The notes under the pieces: model-generated
The model's input: the letters and a program-made list of their open reading frames with translations, nothing else
What the model was told of the DNA's origin: nothing
Database searches by the model: none
Shown: piece by piece, positions 1 through 11,518 of the stretch
How positions within the stretch are numbered: the stretch's first letter is position 1
How the letters are laid out: each line of letters starts with the position of its first letter
Program-made: the position numbers and the translations under genes
Origin: Seison nebaliae
Taxonomy: Eukaryota
Direction of reading: 5' to 3'
Length of the DNA stretch: 42,432 nt
Assembly: GCA_023231475.1 (NCBI GenBank)
Contig: JALJEE010002490.1
Location: 1 to 42,432 of the forward strand

Positions 1-417
1 TCAATTATTGAAACAATACGTGATGTCGGGACAGAAGAATCTACGGACACATTTCTAATTCTCCATTGTCGAACACATATTACATTTACATCTCTTCCCT
101 CACTTCTTTTCTATAATTTTAATGAGACGATTACTCATACGTAAATAAACTTCACATCTGACTCGAACGCTTCATATACTCGTTCCCAAATGCTTCGACC
201 TCCACCGTTTACATAAGTTCACATAAATAAGTCATTACCCGATTGACATCTGAGCGATGCTTAATCGGGCAATCTAAATCGGTTGAGCTTCGTCGCATAT
301 GGGTTTAATTGATCGTGACGCGACTGTGTTTATAAGTCACATCTTGTAACTTTACGAGAACATTATCTAACAAGTTGTTTGTAATCTTATACGTTGAGTT
401 GTAGTAGGATCGTTACA
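1..417. mobile_element. Possible LTR or other repeat end (tentative)
   Basis: Non-coding and less AT-rich than flanks. Ends in ...GGATCGTTACA at 417 (reverse complement TGTAACGATCC), resembling TGT...ACA LTR termini. No partner end or target-site duplication is visible. Confidence 0.2.
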
Positions 418-755
418 GTATAATAAATTTCAAAAGCATGCGAAATATCTGAATGGGAAGGTATCTATACATTTTATTTCTATTTTTATCATTCGAATAT
501 TTAGCTCATTCATTCGTTGGGATGGATTACAATTCCATATTAAACCAGTAACGGTTTTTTTTATGATTAACAGGCATTGAGTGGAATGTTGATAATTAAC
601 ATTAACCAAATTTCAAAGCTTTAGATTAAGTTTATTATAAGAAATTTGAATGGAATTTGATATTTCTTCAATTTCCTAAATTTCATCAATTTGAAATAAA
701 ATAACATGATAATTTGTTGTTTTTGAATCTTGGGATATCTTGACAGAATTGGAAG

Positions 756-3160
756 ATGAATATTCATCAAATAGAATCCTGGCGAGATCTGTTGAAGAGT
801 CGATCAGTGGAATTGGAGAAGATAAAACGTTTCGCCATTCCTGCACCGACAGAAGGTTTCAAGAATATTTTCCGCAAATTTCTCCTCCACAACGGTAATC
901 CGACGGCTTGTGTATATGAATATTGTTCTCAGCGGAAGATTCTACCTCCCAATATCGTCGAATCTTTCCACATGTTCACAAATAGTTGTTCCTCCGATTT
1001 TTGCTTTTCTGTCGAATTTCCTCAAATCATCAAATTTCCCATCGCGTATGGAAAAAATAAGAAACGAGCGACAAATAATGCGGCAATGATCGCTATGATA
1101 TATTTGCTTGCATTGCACGAGGAAGAGATTCTCGATATAAAATATGATATTAATTCCTTATACGATTCCGATTATCAATTACGTAAATTGGATAAAAGTG
1201 ATGCAGAATGGTTAATTTCTGAATCGTTACGAATTCACAATGAACCAGAGAATTATATGAAGTATCTCAAGCAAAAAATGAAAGAAATTGAGGATATTTC
1301 TATTTTGTTCCGGCATGCCAAAGAGTTCACTTATGCTGACATTATGGCACTTCAGAAACTTCGATGTCGAATGCCACGCTATCAACTATTGAAAATGGGA
1401 AAACGTTATCATTTTGAAACATCATTTTCATCAAAATTGAATACTCTAGATATGAGTAAGCCGATTTCTATAACGATAAATATCGAATTCGATGAAACGA
1501 ATGATATTACGAAAGAGTTGTCCATCTCGAATAAAATAGAACATTCTCATAACAGTTCATGTGAATTGTTGGGGGAGAGAAAAATCTGTGACTGGGCACT
1601 GATTTATCTATTGAAAGCCATCGTCAACGTCCAACGACAACAGGAATTATCAACGATGTTTGATCGTATAAATTCGAATATAATCAGAGAAATTCAAAAC
1701 AATGCTTCCATCATCGTTGCATTGGCACGTGCAGGAAATCAAGAATATTTTGGAGCGATTCTACAAACCTCAAAATCAGGAATTGGTGGATCGAAGATCG
1801 TAGCTTTTTCTTCATGTGCTGCCGGTGTCCATCAACATCGTCCCAAACAATTTTTCCAGGAGAATGTTAATTGTAGTGGTCGATATTTACACGACATGAG
1901 TATCATCACAACATTGAAACGATCATTTTGTATGTATCTGACAAGAGAGATCGAGAAATACAATACTTCATCTTATTCGATTTTCGAGAATGTTTATCCT
2001 GAACAACAGAACGTCATCTCATTTAAACGTTTCGGAAGTATTCGATTAAGAAAACGGTCAGATATCTGGTTCAATTTGTATCTGAATTTCATTCCAGATG
2101 GTGGGGCGAAAGATCTTTGTGATTTCATCGATGAAAATAAATTGAATAATGTTCCTGTAGATCAAGTAGCATTTCTGGAGAATGTACAGAGAGATGGATC
2201 GAATGAAGATGTAGAAATGAGTGATGAAACAGTCAATCAATTAAAAGAAGCAGTTGAAAATGAGAAGAAATTATGGAGTAAAGGTTGTCATATTCATAAT
2301 CTTCATGAATCTTATGCTCGAGATCGAGTCGCTCCATTTCATGTGAAGAATGTGAAATTTAATCAATCTACTTCTCTTCTCAATGACGAGGAACATAGCT
2401 CTCTTCCAATGTCATCATGTGATAAAATCCTCCAATGGCAAGTGATCGGATGGCAAGGTGGTTTACTCTCTTCAATCATAAATCCTATTTATATGAACAC
2501 GATAACTATCGCTGACAAAAAATTCCATTATCAATCTCTCTGTTCATCATTCTGTTGTCGCCTTGTCGATTTCCGTTTGAATGAGAAACTACCAACAGGA
2601 TATATCGTTAAACATCCATATATTGGACGACCATTCTCTGATACGAAATTCCCAAAACTAAGCCATTTAATTAGTGATGTGCAAATTAAATTAGAAGGTA
2701 GTCCGAGAAAAATACAAATCAATTCCAAAAATCCTTATATGATTCTTTATGCGGCTAATCATGAAAGTTGTGAATCGATCGATACGGCGAAAGGATTAGA
2801 AGCCAAATTCTCGGAAAAGAAAACTAACGCCAATACATTAACTCCTATGATATGTAAATTGGGTAATTTCAATAGATTCCGTATCGCATGGAGGAAATTG
2901 AACGATGGAATCGCCCAAACTCCCGAACATCGCGCTTATTATAATGAATTTGTCAAAGAGGTCAATTATCAACAATTGAAGAAGAAAATCAGTGAGGAAA
3001 GTGGATATTCGTTAGCGAAACAACACTTCCGAGAACATGTCGAAATAATTCAGTTAATTTTCATTTTCATTTCTTAAAAAATTCATTTTCTTATTTTAGA
3101 TTTGGAAAATGGAAATCTGCATCTCATTTGCTCAATCGATTTTCGATACCTATCAATTAA
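756..3160 (+). CDS. ADAR-family dsRNA-binding protein with degenerate deaminase domain (ADAD1/ADAD2-like)
   Basis: N-terminal dsRBD (NPTACVYEYCSQR...GKNKKRATNNAAMIAM). Deaminase motifs LHDMSIITTLKRSF, FNLYLNFIPDGGA, MSSCDKILQWQVIGWQGGLLS. Intron 3053-3099 (GTTAAT..TTAG) restores the ADAR-like end QFGKWKSASHLLNRF; stop at 3158-3160. Confidence 0.85.
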
Positions 3161-3570
3161 CCAAAATCAACTATAATCAACATTCAAAGATCTCTTTATA
3201 AAATAAACTCTTCTAAGAGAAAGATTTATCCATAAAAATTTTTGTTATAATATTCCAATTTGCCTTTTTTCCTAACAATTTTCGTTAAACTAAAATTCTA
3301 CCAATTTATATTCCAACTAATTTTCGAGAAGTAAAATATCGAAAACGAACGATAACTTAAATCCATTTTCTAAACTTCTAAACTTTGAATATTCTCATGA
3401 TGATTTTGATAAGAAATTATAAGATACAGAAGTAGATAAGTGTAAAAAAGTGTTAATAGTTGTGAGAATCGTTGAAGACAACGACTATTATTCTAGTATA
3501 AACTCCCTAACAAGTTCTTGTCATTTTTTTTGGAAAAAGTGTATTTTGTTTCCAAAAGAGTGATGACGAT

Positions 3571-3810
3571 AAAGAAGAAGTAGAAGTGTCAAAAAATTTT
3601 GTTAAGTAAGAAGTAGAACTGTCCTAATTTGTAAGAAAAGAGAGCAGAGGTGTCCTATATTGCAGAAAAAAGAAGTAGAAGTCTCCGTAATGCTTGAAAG
3701 AGGAGTTAAAATATCTATTCTGATAAACCAAAAGAAGTAGAACTGTCCGAATGAAAAGCGTAGAATTGTCTGTTTTTGAAGAAAAGATCAAAATGATTGG
3801 AACTGTCCCG
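3571..3810 (+). repeat. Degenerate tandem array, core AAGAAGTAGAACTGTCC, ~31-bp period, ~8 units
   Basis: GTAGAAC/GTGTC-like cores start at about 3580, 3613, 3644, 3675, 3705, 3737, 3760 and 3797. Confidence 0.8.
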
Positions 3811-4019
3811 CATTCAAATTTGCTTGAATTATTTGGCGAATTCAATTTGTATTTCAAAATTAGTTTGATATTGGACGAATCGGTGAGTAATAAATTTTTG
3901 TTCTGAATTTTTTATGGAGTTCTAATTTTTGACACGGAAGAATTTTTGTAATTAAAGTTCAATTTTTGAGCATTTAAAAATATTTATTAAAAATTTTCTG
4001 TTCTAACAAAAAAAAAAGA

Positions 4020-4382
4020 ATGAATGAAACTCTCCGAACGAACACGGAAGGATTTGAGAAGAATGTGGGGAAAGTGATCGAAGGCAATTCACTTATGTTA
4101 CAATCGCCATTAACCAGAATGTTCGATAATTTATACACATATTCGTCTGGTCGTTGTCATAAATTTGATGGGAAATATCGAGAATGTCAAGCGAATTATG
4201 GTCCAACAAGAAGTCGAGAAATGTGTCGATATGAGTACGAGGATTTGAAGGAATGTGTATTTCTGGAAAAGACACACAAACGTCATTTGATTATACAGGA
4301 GGAACGTGAGAAACAAAAAAGAGCATTTTTACCATCTCCTGAATATGATACGTTCCATCGAAGGAAATTTCATGCAATTTGA
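4020..4382 (+). CDS. NDUFS5: NADH:ubiquinone oxidoreductase subunit S5 (15 kDa)
   Basis: 120 aa with twin CX9C motifs (CHKFDGKYREC, CRYEYEDLKEC) followed by KTHKRHLIIQEEREKQ...PSP. Intronless. Confidence 0.8.
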   Translation: MNETLRTNTEGFEKNVGKVIEGNSLMLQSPLTRMFDNLYTYSSGRCHKFDGKYRECQANYGPTRSREMCRYEYEDLKECVFLEKTHKRHLIIQEEREKQKRAFLPSPEYDTFHRRKFHAI

Positions 4383-4538
4383 GAAAATTAGAAAAATTTT
4401 AATTTTTTTGTGATTGGAATTTAGATTGACTAGTTCAACTTACATTTGAGAAGGAATTGTTGAAAATAAATTGAAACTTTTCTTTCTTCCTTTCACTTTC
4501 TTTTTATTTTTCATTTCATATTTGTCATATTAAACGTC

Positions 4539-4706
4539 ATGTGTCACAAAGTCAAATGCCAAAAATGTCAGAAATGGACGTGGGCCGGATGTGGTCAACA
4601 TGTCGATCAAGTTCTCCTTTCCCTCAATCTTCTTCTTTCATTTCGTGCTCAGGTATTGAGAGGAGTAGAACCGAAAGATCGTTGTACTTGTCCGAAGAGA
4701 AGATGA
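4539..4706 (+). CDS. 41-aa Cys/His-rich microprotein MCHKVKCQKCQKWTWAGCGQHVDQVLRGVEPKDRCTCPKRR
   Basis: ATG at 4539; exons 4539-4610 and 4653-4706; 42-nt in-frame intron GTTCTC..TCAG. CxxC, WxGCGxH and CxC motifs. Below the ORF-track length cutoff. Confidence 0.75.
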   Translation: MCHKVKCQKCQKWTWAGCGQHVDQVLLSLNLLLSFRAQVLRGVEPKDRCTCPKRR

Positions 4707-4822
4707 ATTAAATTAATTCATAATCATTCAACTCACAATTAATTAGTATACGAGAAGAGAATTAGTTCCAATTAAAAATCTTATTCATTCTACATTTAAA
4801 AAAAAACATATAAAACAAAGCA

Positions 4823-6058
4823 TCAATAGTAGAACATTCCTAATAATTTTTTAAGTTCTCTCATTTTTTTCGAGGCGATTTCTTTCGCCATTTCTCCATT
4901 CGTCTTTATCGTTCGATAAAGTTCTCCTTCCAAATATTTCTCATTTGAACTCAATAATTCTTTGTAAATGGAACGAATTGGTTTGAAATGTTCAATCAAT
5001 TCAGATGTTAATAATCTCTTGTATTTAAATGTATCGATATTCGATGGTAATTGAGAGATAATATCATCGATCGATTGTTTCGTCATTAACGAATGAATTT
5101 TCAATAAATTTGAAATTCCTGGACGTTTCTTCTCATCATAATAGATGTCACTTATTGAATCAGTTACTGATTTTCTAATTTTTTTTGAAATTTCTTCTTC
5201 CTCATCGATGATGGAGATGGTGGAGAATTTATCTTTCGATGATTTGGACATCTTCTCCTCTGGTCGTCTCAACGAATTGATCTTACTAAATTCATCTAAT
5301 TAATTAATAGAAACAAATAAGAATTAAGAATTAAGACAAACAAAAAGAAAACTTAAGAGAATTTGAGGAATTACAAAAATTTCCGAATTTGTATATTGGT
5401 TGAATTTACGTGCAATGTCTCTAGTGATTTGGACATGTTGAACATTATCTTCTCCAATCGGTACATGAGTAGAACTGAAGAATTTAAATTTGTGATTAAG
5501 AGAAATGAGAACTCGTATAATAAGATATCAGCCGCCTGTAAAATTGGATAAGTGAAGAGACCGACAGTTGCTTCTTCCCGATTTTTTGATTTCTCCTATG
5601 AAAATGATTAATTTGAATAAAAGAAAATTTAAATAAAACTTTGAAATGATGTAATTGTTTCAATCGAGAAATTGTTGTAAAATTATTGAGAATTGTTTGT
5701 AATTCTGAATGTTCATTCACCTGTTAATAGAAGATAAGAATGAATGTAAAGAAATGAGTAGAAATAGAACATCTGATTGGAGGAATAATGTGGATTTATT
5801 GGGATGGATACCTGAAGCGACTAAAGAAGCGATCATTCGATTTATATTTAATTTCAATTTATTTCCATCATGAAATTCAGTTTTTTGAAAATCAGGAGGA
5901 ATCGATGTTAACGAATGATAATCAACAACTGACAAATATAATTTGTTGTCCTTCTCTTCTTGCAAATCTCGCCAGAGAGTTATGGCACCAAAATAATTAC
6001 CAATATGAGGAACACCTGTAGGCTGAATACCAGAGAAGACGATTCGTTTCAATGACAT
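4823..6058 (-). CDS. WARS2: Mitochondrial tryptophanyl-tRNA synthetase
   Basis: VFSGIQPTGVPHIGNYFGA (HIGH motif), GLFTYPILQAADILLY, HVPIGED, KMSKS. Introns 5721-5770, 5596-5639, 5475-5512, 5296-5352, all GTT..AG. Confidence 0.93.
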
Positions 6059-6217
6059 AATCGAACTGATAAAGAAAATTTATATTAAAAACGCATAATT
6101 TATTATGATCGATCTATCAATTAAAAATAGATGGGAATAGTAATAGAAATACTAGAAAAGAAGAAAGTAGATGAATGAATCATCTCTCAATTTATGAAAA
6201 GAAGAACGGATAAATTG

Positions 6218-6256
6218 AGGATAAATCTGGAGGATAAATCTGGAGGATATATTGGA
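6218..6256 (+). repeat. 13-bp tandem repeat (GAGGATAAATCTG) x~3
   Basis: gaggataaatctg gaggataaatctg gaggatatattgg seen directly. Confidence 0.7.
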
Positions 6257-6571
6257 AATTAATCGATTTTATTAATATGTGGACATCGATTCCCAAATAA
6301 TAAAATTATTATCATGATTAACAAAAAAAGAAAAGAAAGGAAACTGTTAGGTATTAGGTTCAACAAAAGAAAAATATTCGAGAAAATTTTAACAATAATA
6401 AAATTCACATTTTTATTCACATTACACATTTGATTTCCACCTCCAAATTTTAGAAGAAAAAATAAAGATATTCTTTTCAATCTCCCTCTCGACTCATTCT
6501 TCTTCTTTTGATAGTCCAACGAAAATTGTTGTTATTATTATTATTATTATTATTATTGTGTTTTTCTCTCA

Positions 6572-8251
6572 TCAATCATTTTGATAATTTACCCAACTAA
6601 TTCGTTTGGAATTGGGAGAACATTTTCTCGGATAAATCGGTTCATCATTCAAAGGACATTCAACATCTTCACGACTATCCAAATTCATATAATTATTATT
6701 ATTATTATTATTATTATTATTGTTGATGGAGAGATTGTCTTGTTCTTTTTCTTTCGCTTTTCTTAAACGATCAATAATTGGAATAAAAATTAATATTAAT
6801 CCAGATGCAGCAATAAATACTCCACAAGTGACATAAGTTAAAGTATAAGATTCAGTTTTATCTCGTAACCATCCACAGAAAGCTGGTCCGCCCAACGTAG
6901 CAAAACCTTGGAACATTAAGGTAAGACCGAAAGAATTAGTCAATTTATCAATTCCAAATTGATCCACCAACAGAATGGGTGTAAGAAGAACATAAGAACC
7001 GATGAAGAATCCGAACCAAACCGAATAAAATAAGAAAACACCGAAATTAATACAAATATAATCTTGAATTATTGTCACAATTCCACATAATGTCAACGAC
7101 GATGAATAGAGGAAGAGTACCGATATTTTGGGATGATCTGCTAAAAGACCGAAAAATATTCTTGCAACTGTATTGGCGATACCAATAGCTGAAATGAGCC
7201 ATGCCGCTTGTGTTGTTGGAATTCCACGTTCTTTTGCTTGATCAACAATTAATAAATATGGTACATTATAACCGATCATTGTTAAGATGTTACTAATAAC
7301 GATGAGAACGAATTTCATGTCATGGAAGAGTGATGGATCTAATAATTCTTTCATCACATCTCTTGTTTCGATGGACCAATAACGAACGAAACTTGATTTT
7401 GGTTTTATTTTCTTCTCACTATTTTCGATTAATTGTTTTCTCACGCTATAACTTTCCTTATCATCTTCAACAACATCTCCAGCCATTTGATTCATAAAAT
7501 CCGTTTTCTCTATTACTCGTTTCTTATAATATTCTCGACGCATATCAATCTTACGACGAATTACTTCCGCTGGTTCCGACGGTAATGGTTTCATAATCGT
7601 TCCAAATAAGACACATTCAAATATTATTCCAGAGATAAGTAAAACCGTTCCACGCCATAAATATTCTCTTAATAAATATTCGGTGAAAGGAGCAAAAAGA
7701 AATGTTCCAATTCCAGAACCACAAACCGCTAAACCGGTAGCGAATGCTCGTCGATTTTCAAAATAAAATCCAACACTGACAATAGCGGGAAGATAAACGA
7801 GTCCCATTCCAAATCCTCCAATGACGCCCATTGTCAGAAAAAGCCAATTAACTTCAGTGACGAAAGAGGAAGCACAAAAACCGATAGCAGCAATTACGGC
7901 ACCAGACATTGTTGTTATTCGACAACCAAATTTATTCGTTATCATCGAAGCAATCGGTCCTGATATGAATGTCACTGCAGGAATTAATGCTCCAATCCAA
8001 CTCATAATAGCTCTTGATGAATCGAAATATTTGATTAGAGGTGGAACGAGTACACCGAATGAATAGACAACACCATCGGCAATGACATGAATTAGGAATG
8101 AAGCGATGACAATGACCCAACCCCATCCACCATCAGGTACAGGACAATCAATTTCTACCGCCGTATCTTCAATATGCAATTCATTTGTTGATTGTTCTTT
8201 AATTCTTCGGATTTCTCTTTTTTCCGCTTTCGTTAATTTTCTCTCGTCCAT
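6572..8251 (-). CDS. Monocarboxylate transporter, SLC16 family (MFS)
   Basis: PDGGWGWVIV signature, YFENRRAFATGLAVCGSGIG, about 12 hydrophobic segments. Intronless. Likely start MDERK at 8251 because the track's upstream start is not ATG. C-terminal poly-Asn. Confidence 0.92.
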   Translation of the reverse strand: MDERKLTKAEKREIRRIKEQSTNELHIEDTAVEIDCPVPDGGWGWVIVIASFLIHVIADGVVYSFGVLVPPLIKYFDSSRAIMSWIGALIPAVTFISGPIASMITNKFGCRITTMSGAVIAAIGFCASSFVTEVNWLFLTMGVIGGFGMGLVYLPAIVSVGFYFENRRAFATGLAVCGSGIGTFLFAPFTEYLLREYLWRGTVLLISGIIFECVLFGTIMKPLPSEPAEVIRRKIDMRREYYKKRVIEKTDFMNQMAGDVVEDDKESYSVRKQLIENSEKKIKPKSSFVRYWSIETRDVMKELLDPSLFHDMKFVLIVISNILTMIGYNVPYLLIVDQAKERGIPTTQAAWLISAIGIANTVARIFFGLLADHPKISVLFLYSSSLTLCGIVTIIQDYICINFGVFLFYSVWFGFFIGSYVLLTPILLVDQFGIDKLTNSFGLTLMFQGFATLGGPAFCGWLRDKTESYTLTYVTCGVFIAASGLILIFIPIIDRLRKAKEKEQDNLSINNNNNNNNNNNYMNLDSREDVECPLNDEPIYPRKCSPNSKRISWVNYQND

Positions 8252-9900
8252 TTTGGAAAAGAAGATCCGATTTATTCGGAATATAAACACAAAATGATTT
8301 ACCACAAACTTCTTGTTCTTTTGGTGATATTAAATGCAAACTTATCTTTTAGTCTTTTAAGAAAGAAACGTGAATTCTGAATTAAATCATTCTTTTTCAT
8401 TTTTTCATTTCAATAGAAAATTCTTAATCTCAAATTTTAAGCTTAACTTCTAATTGGAAAAGATAAAAATAAACCTGTTCTTTTTCTAAAATTTCACTCA
8501 TTTCTTACTGAAAATAAGAGACATTTGTATCTTTTCTCCATCTTTCATCTCTCCATGAATTAATCTCTTAATTAACTTAACATTTTATCAAATGTAAGAT
8601 TTACTCTAAAATAATTTTGAAATTAAATTTACTCTAAAATAATTAAAGCACTTTGAATGATTAATTGAAATTTTTAATTAATTTAATTAATTTGATGAAT
8701 ATTTTTTTTGTCATGGGAAGTTCATTTGAATTTAAAAGAATGTTTAAAAATTGATGACTAATTAAAAGTTAAATGTCATGGAATTGACAGTTGATCTGAA
8801 TATAAAATTATTTTCCATATCGAAATTACAATTGAAATTACTTCAAATCATTTTCCGATTAAGATATTATTCGAATTGAGTTTAATGAAGATTCAATTAT
8901 TTCATATTAATCTGAAGAATTGAACGTGACAAATTTAGGAGATATGCAAACATTTCGGTTAAACGTAGACAGAAAACAGCTAAAGAGATGAAGTCGATGT
9001 AAAAAAATAGTGTAGTAGAAGTATGATGGCACTTTTCCCATGTCACTTACACATGGTAAACCATTTCAATCCCACATAATACTCTTGTAGACGAAATCGG
9101 TTTCTTTTTGTTCTCTCTTCAGACATTGAACCTTCTCTCGCTCTCTACTCATACCACAACATTTCCTTCGTACAAATATTATTTCTATATGTATTCATCA
9201 CAAGACGGATATACATATGTCATTCTTTCTCTTTTGTCATTAATGAAAAATTCATTCATATGATATCCAATTCCGTTATGTAACCATTAATAATTCATAA
9301 TGATAATGATCATCATCATCATCGTCTTGTTCATGTTGATGATATCGATGAGATCAATATAAAATTCTAAAGAAATTTCCATATGAAGTTATCCAATATA
9401 ACCATAAAAATGATAAATTGAGACGATTATTGAATATATCGATAATCGTTTCTTTTACCATCGTCCATACCTCGATGTCTATATAAGGCGAATGATTATT
9501 TTCGATGTTTGTTCTATGTTGATTGTTATTGTTGATGATGATGAAAAAACAAAATTTGTAAATGATCATTTCTGATTGATAAGGAGAGGATAAGACGATG
9601 TGAAGGAGATTTTTTTCTTTTCCATTTCCATTTGAAAAATTCTAAAGAAAAATTTTTTTTTCTCTTTTTTCAGATTATATTCTTCTTTCACAAATTAATG
9701 AAATAAATTTGAATTAGGGGATAGTTTGTTGAAGAAGAAATTAATTAGTTTATTCCATCAGAGAAATAAATGAACAAAGATTGTTAGGTAATTTTTCAGA
9801 GAACATTCAACAATAATATTCAATACAATCATTTTCAAAAAATCTCATTCAATCAAATCCAAATTATTATTTAATTTATATTAAAATAATTTCTCTAAAT

Positions 9901-11064
9901 ATGACGAATGAGAATGAGACGGAACAACAACATGACACAAGTCGTAGTCATAGTCGTGAATTGTACACGAAATATGATTTGAAAGAGATTTTGGGTAAAG
10001 GCGTTAGTAGTATCGTCCGTCGTGGAATACAAAAGAGTAGTGGAAGAGAATTTGCAGTGAAAATGATCGAATTCGGTTCAGAAGAGACAGACGAGCAAAA
10101 AGCGTTGAAAGAGTCGACATTGCGAGAAATTTCGATTTTGAAGGAATTGAATGGACATGCAAATATCATCAATTTACAAGAAGAATTTCTCACTCCTCAT
10201 AATTGTTTCATCGTTTTCGAAATTTGTCGTGGTGGAGAATTATTCGATTATTTAACTAGAGTTGTTCATTTGAGTGAGAGGAAAACAAGAAATATTATGA
10301 CGCCCATTCTCCAAGCGGTGAAATATATGCACGAGAAGAATATCGTTCATCGAGATCTCAAACCGGAAAATATTCTATTAGACGAACATCATCAAGTAAA
10401 AATTACAGATTTCGGTTTTGCCGAATGTGTCCGAAATGATGAGAGTTTGAGAGATTTGTGTGGAACTCCGGGATATTTAGCACCCGAAGTTCTCTCATGT
10501 TCAATGAATACAAATTCGAAAGGTTATGGACGTCCAGTGGACATGTGGGCGTGTGGTGTTATTATGTACACATTAATGTCGGGTTCTCCCCCATTTTGGC
10601 ATCGGAAACAATTGACAATGTTAAGAATGATAATGAAAGGAAATTATACGTTTGATGGAGCGGAATGGTTAGATGCGACCGATGCCTCCAAAGATCTCAT
10701 TCGACAAATGTTGACGGTCAATCCGAAAAAACGGATAAATGCAACCGAAGCTTTAAATCATCATTTTTTAGCTGGTGCCAACACTGATAATGAAAAGAAA
10801 TTCAAAGCACGTTTTGTATTGAGATCGAAATTAATCGCTATCATGTTCATTGTCGCCATGAAACATCAACGACTTCAACCGAGAATTGTGAAAGGTGAAG
10901 ATATTATCGCCGATCCATATCGATATAAAACTCTTCGGAAGATTATTGATGGTGGAGCATTCTTCGCTTATGGTCACTGGGTGAAACGAGGCGATCAACA
11001 GAACAGAGCGGCTCTTTTCGAAATGGAGAATCGTCGAACGGTTCTTCAAACATCCAAAGCTTAA
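9901..11064 (+). CDS. PHKG: Phosphorylase b kinase gamma catalytic subunit
   Basis: LGKGVSSIVRR, HRDLKPEN, DFG, LCGTPGYLAPE, PPFWHRKQLTMLRMIM and the calmodulin-binding tail AYGHWVKRGDQQNRAALFE. Intronless CDS. Confidence 0.95.
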   Translation: MTNENETEQQHDTSRSHSRELYTKYDLKEILGKGVSSIVRRGIQKSSGREFAVKMIEFGSEETDEQKALKESTLREISILKELNGHANIINLQEEFLTPHNCFIVFEICRGGELFDYLTRVVHLSERKTRNIMTPILQAVKYMHEKNIVHRDLKPENILLDEHHQVKITDFGFAECVRNDESLRDLCGTPGYLAPEVLSCSMNTNSKGYGRPVDMWACGVIMYTLMSGSPPFWHRKQLTMLRMIMKGNYTFDGAEWLDATDASKDLIRQMLTVNPKKRINATEALNHHFLAGANTDNEKKFKARFVLRSKLIAIMFIVAMKHQRLQPRIVKGEDIIADPYRYKTLRKIIDGGAFFAYGHWVKRGDQQNRAALFEMENRRTVLQTSKA

Positions 11065-11219
11065 TCTCTATTTTTCTCTCGTTCTTCCTTTTTCATTTAA
11101 ATTTAAAATTTTTCAATTGTCTCCTCAATCATTTTATGCAGTTTATTCTTCGAAAACGTTTATTTCTAATTTAATGTAAATAGTTTCGGCAACGTTCTTT
11201 ATGCAACTTCTCTCCCCCC

Positions 11220-11223
<4 letters not shown>

Positions 11224-11252
<29 letters not shown>
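11224..11252 (+). repeat. (TC)n microsatellite
   Basis: About 14 consecutive TC units. Confidence 0.9.
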
Positions 11253-11255
<3 letters not shown>

Positions 11256-11518
11256 ATCGATTCTGGTAAAAATCTCAATTGGACTATAATATCATCGACA
11301 ATCTATTTAATTTATCCAAATAAATTTTAATTTTGAACAAATAATCAAAATCATTTCGAACGATAATTTGAATTCCTTCAAAAAATATTTTCGTTTTTTT
11401 TGTCTCATAGTAATGTCAAATGTTGTGAGTGTGATGTAGAATGGAATGGATGATAATTTGAACATATAAACCGTAATCCTTCCGATTAATGATAAATAAA
11501 TTTTAAATTAAATTAGTA

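Noticed and set aside
8599..8645. 18-bp direct duplication ATTTACTCTAAAATAATT
   Set aside because: Two copies only in AT-rich intergenic DNA; most simply a local slippage duplication.
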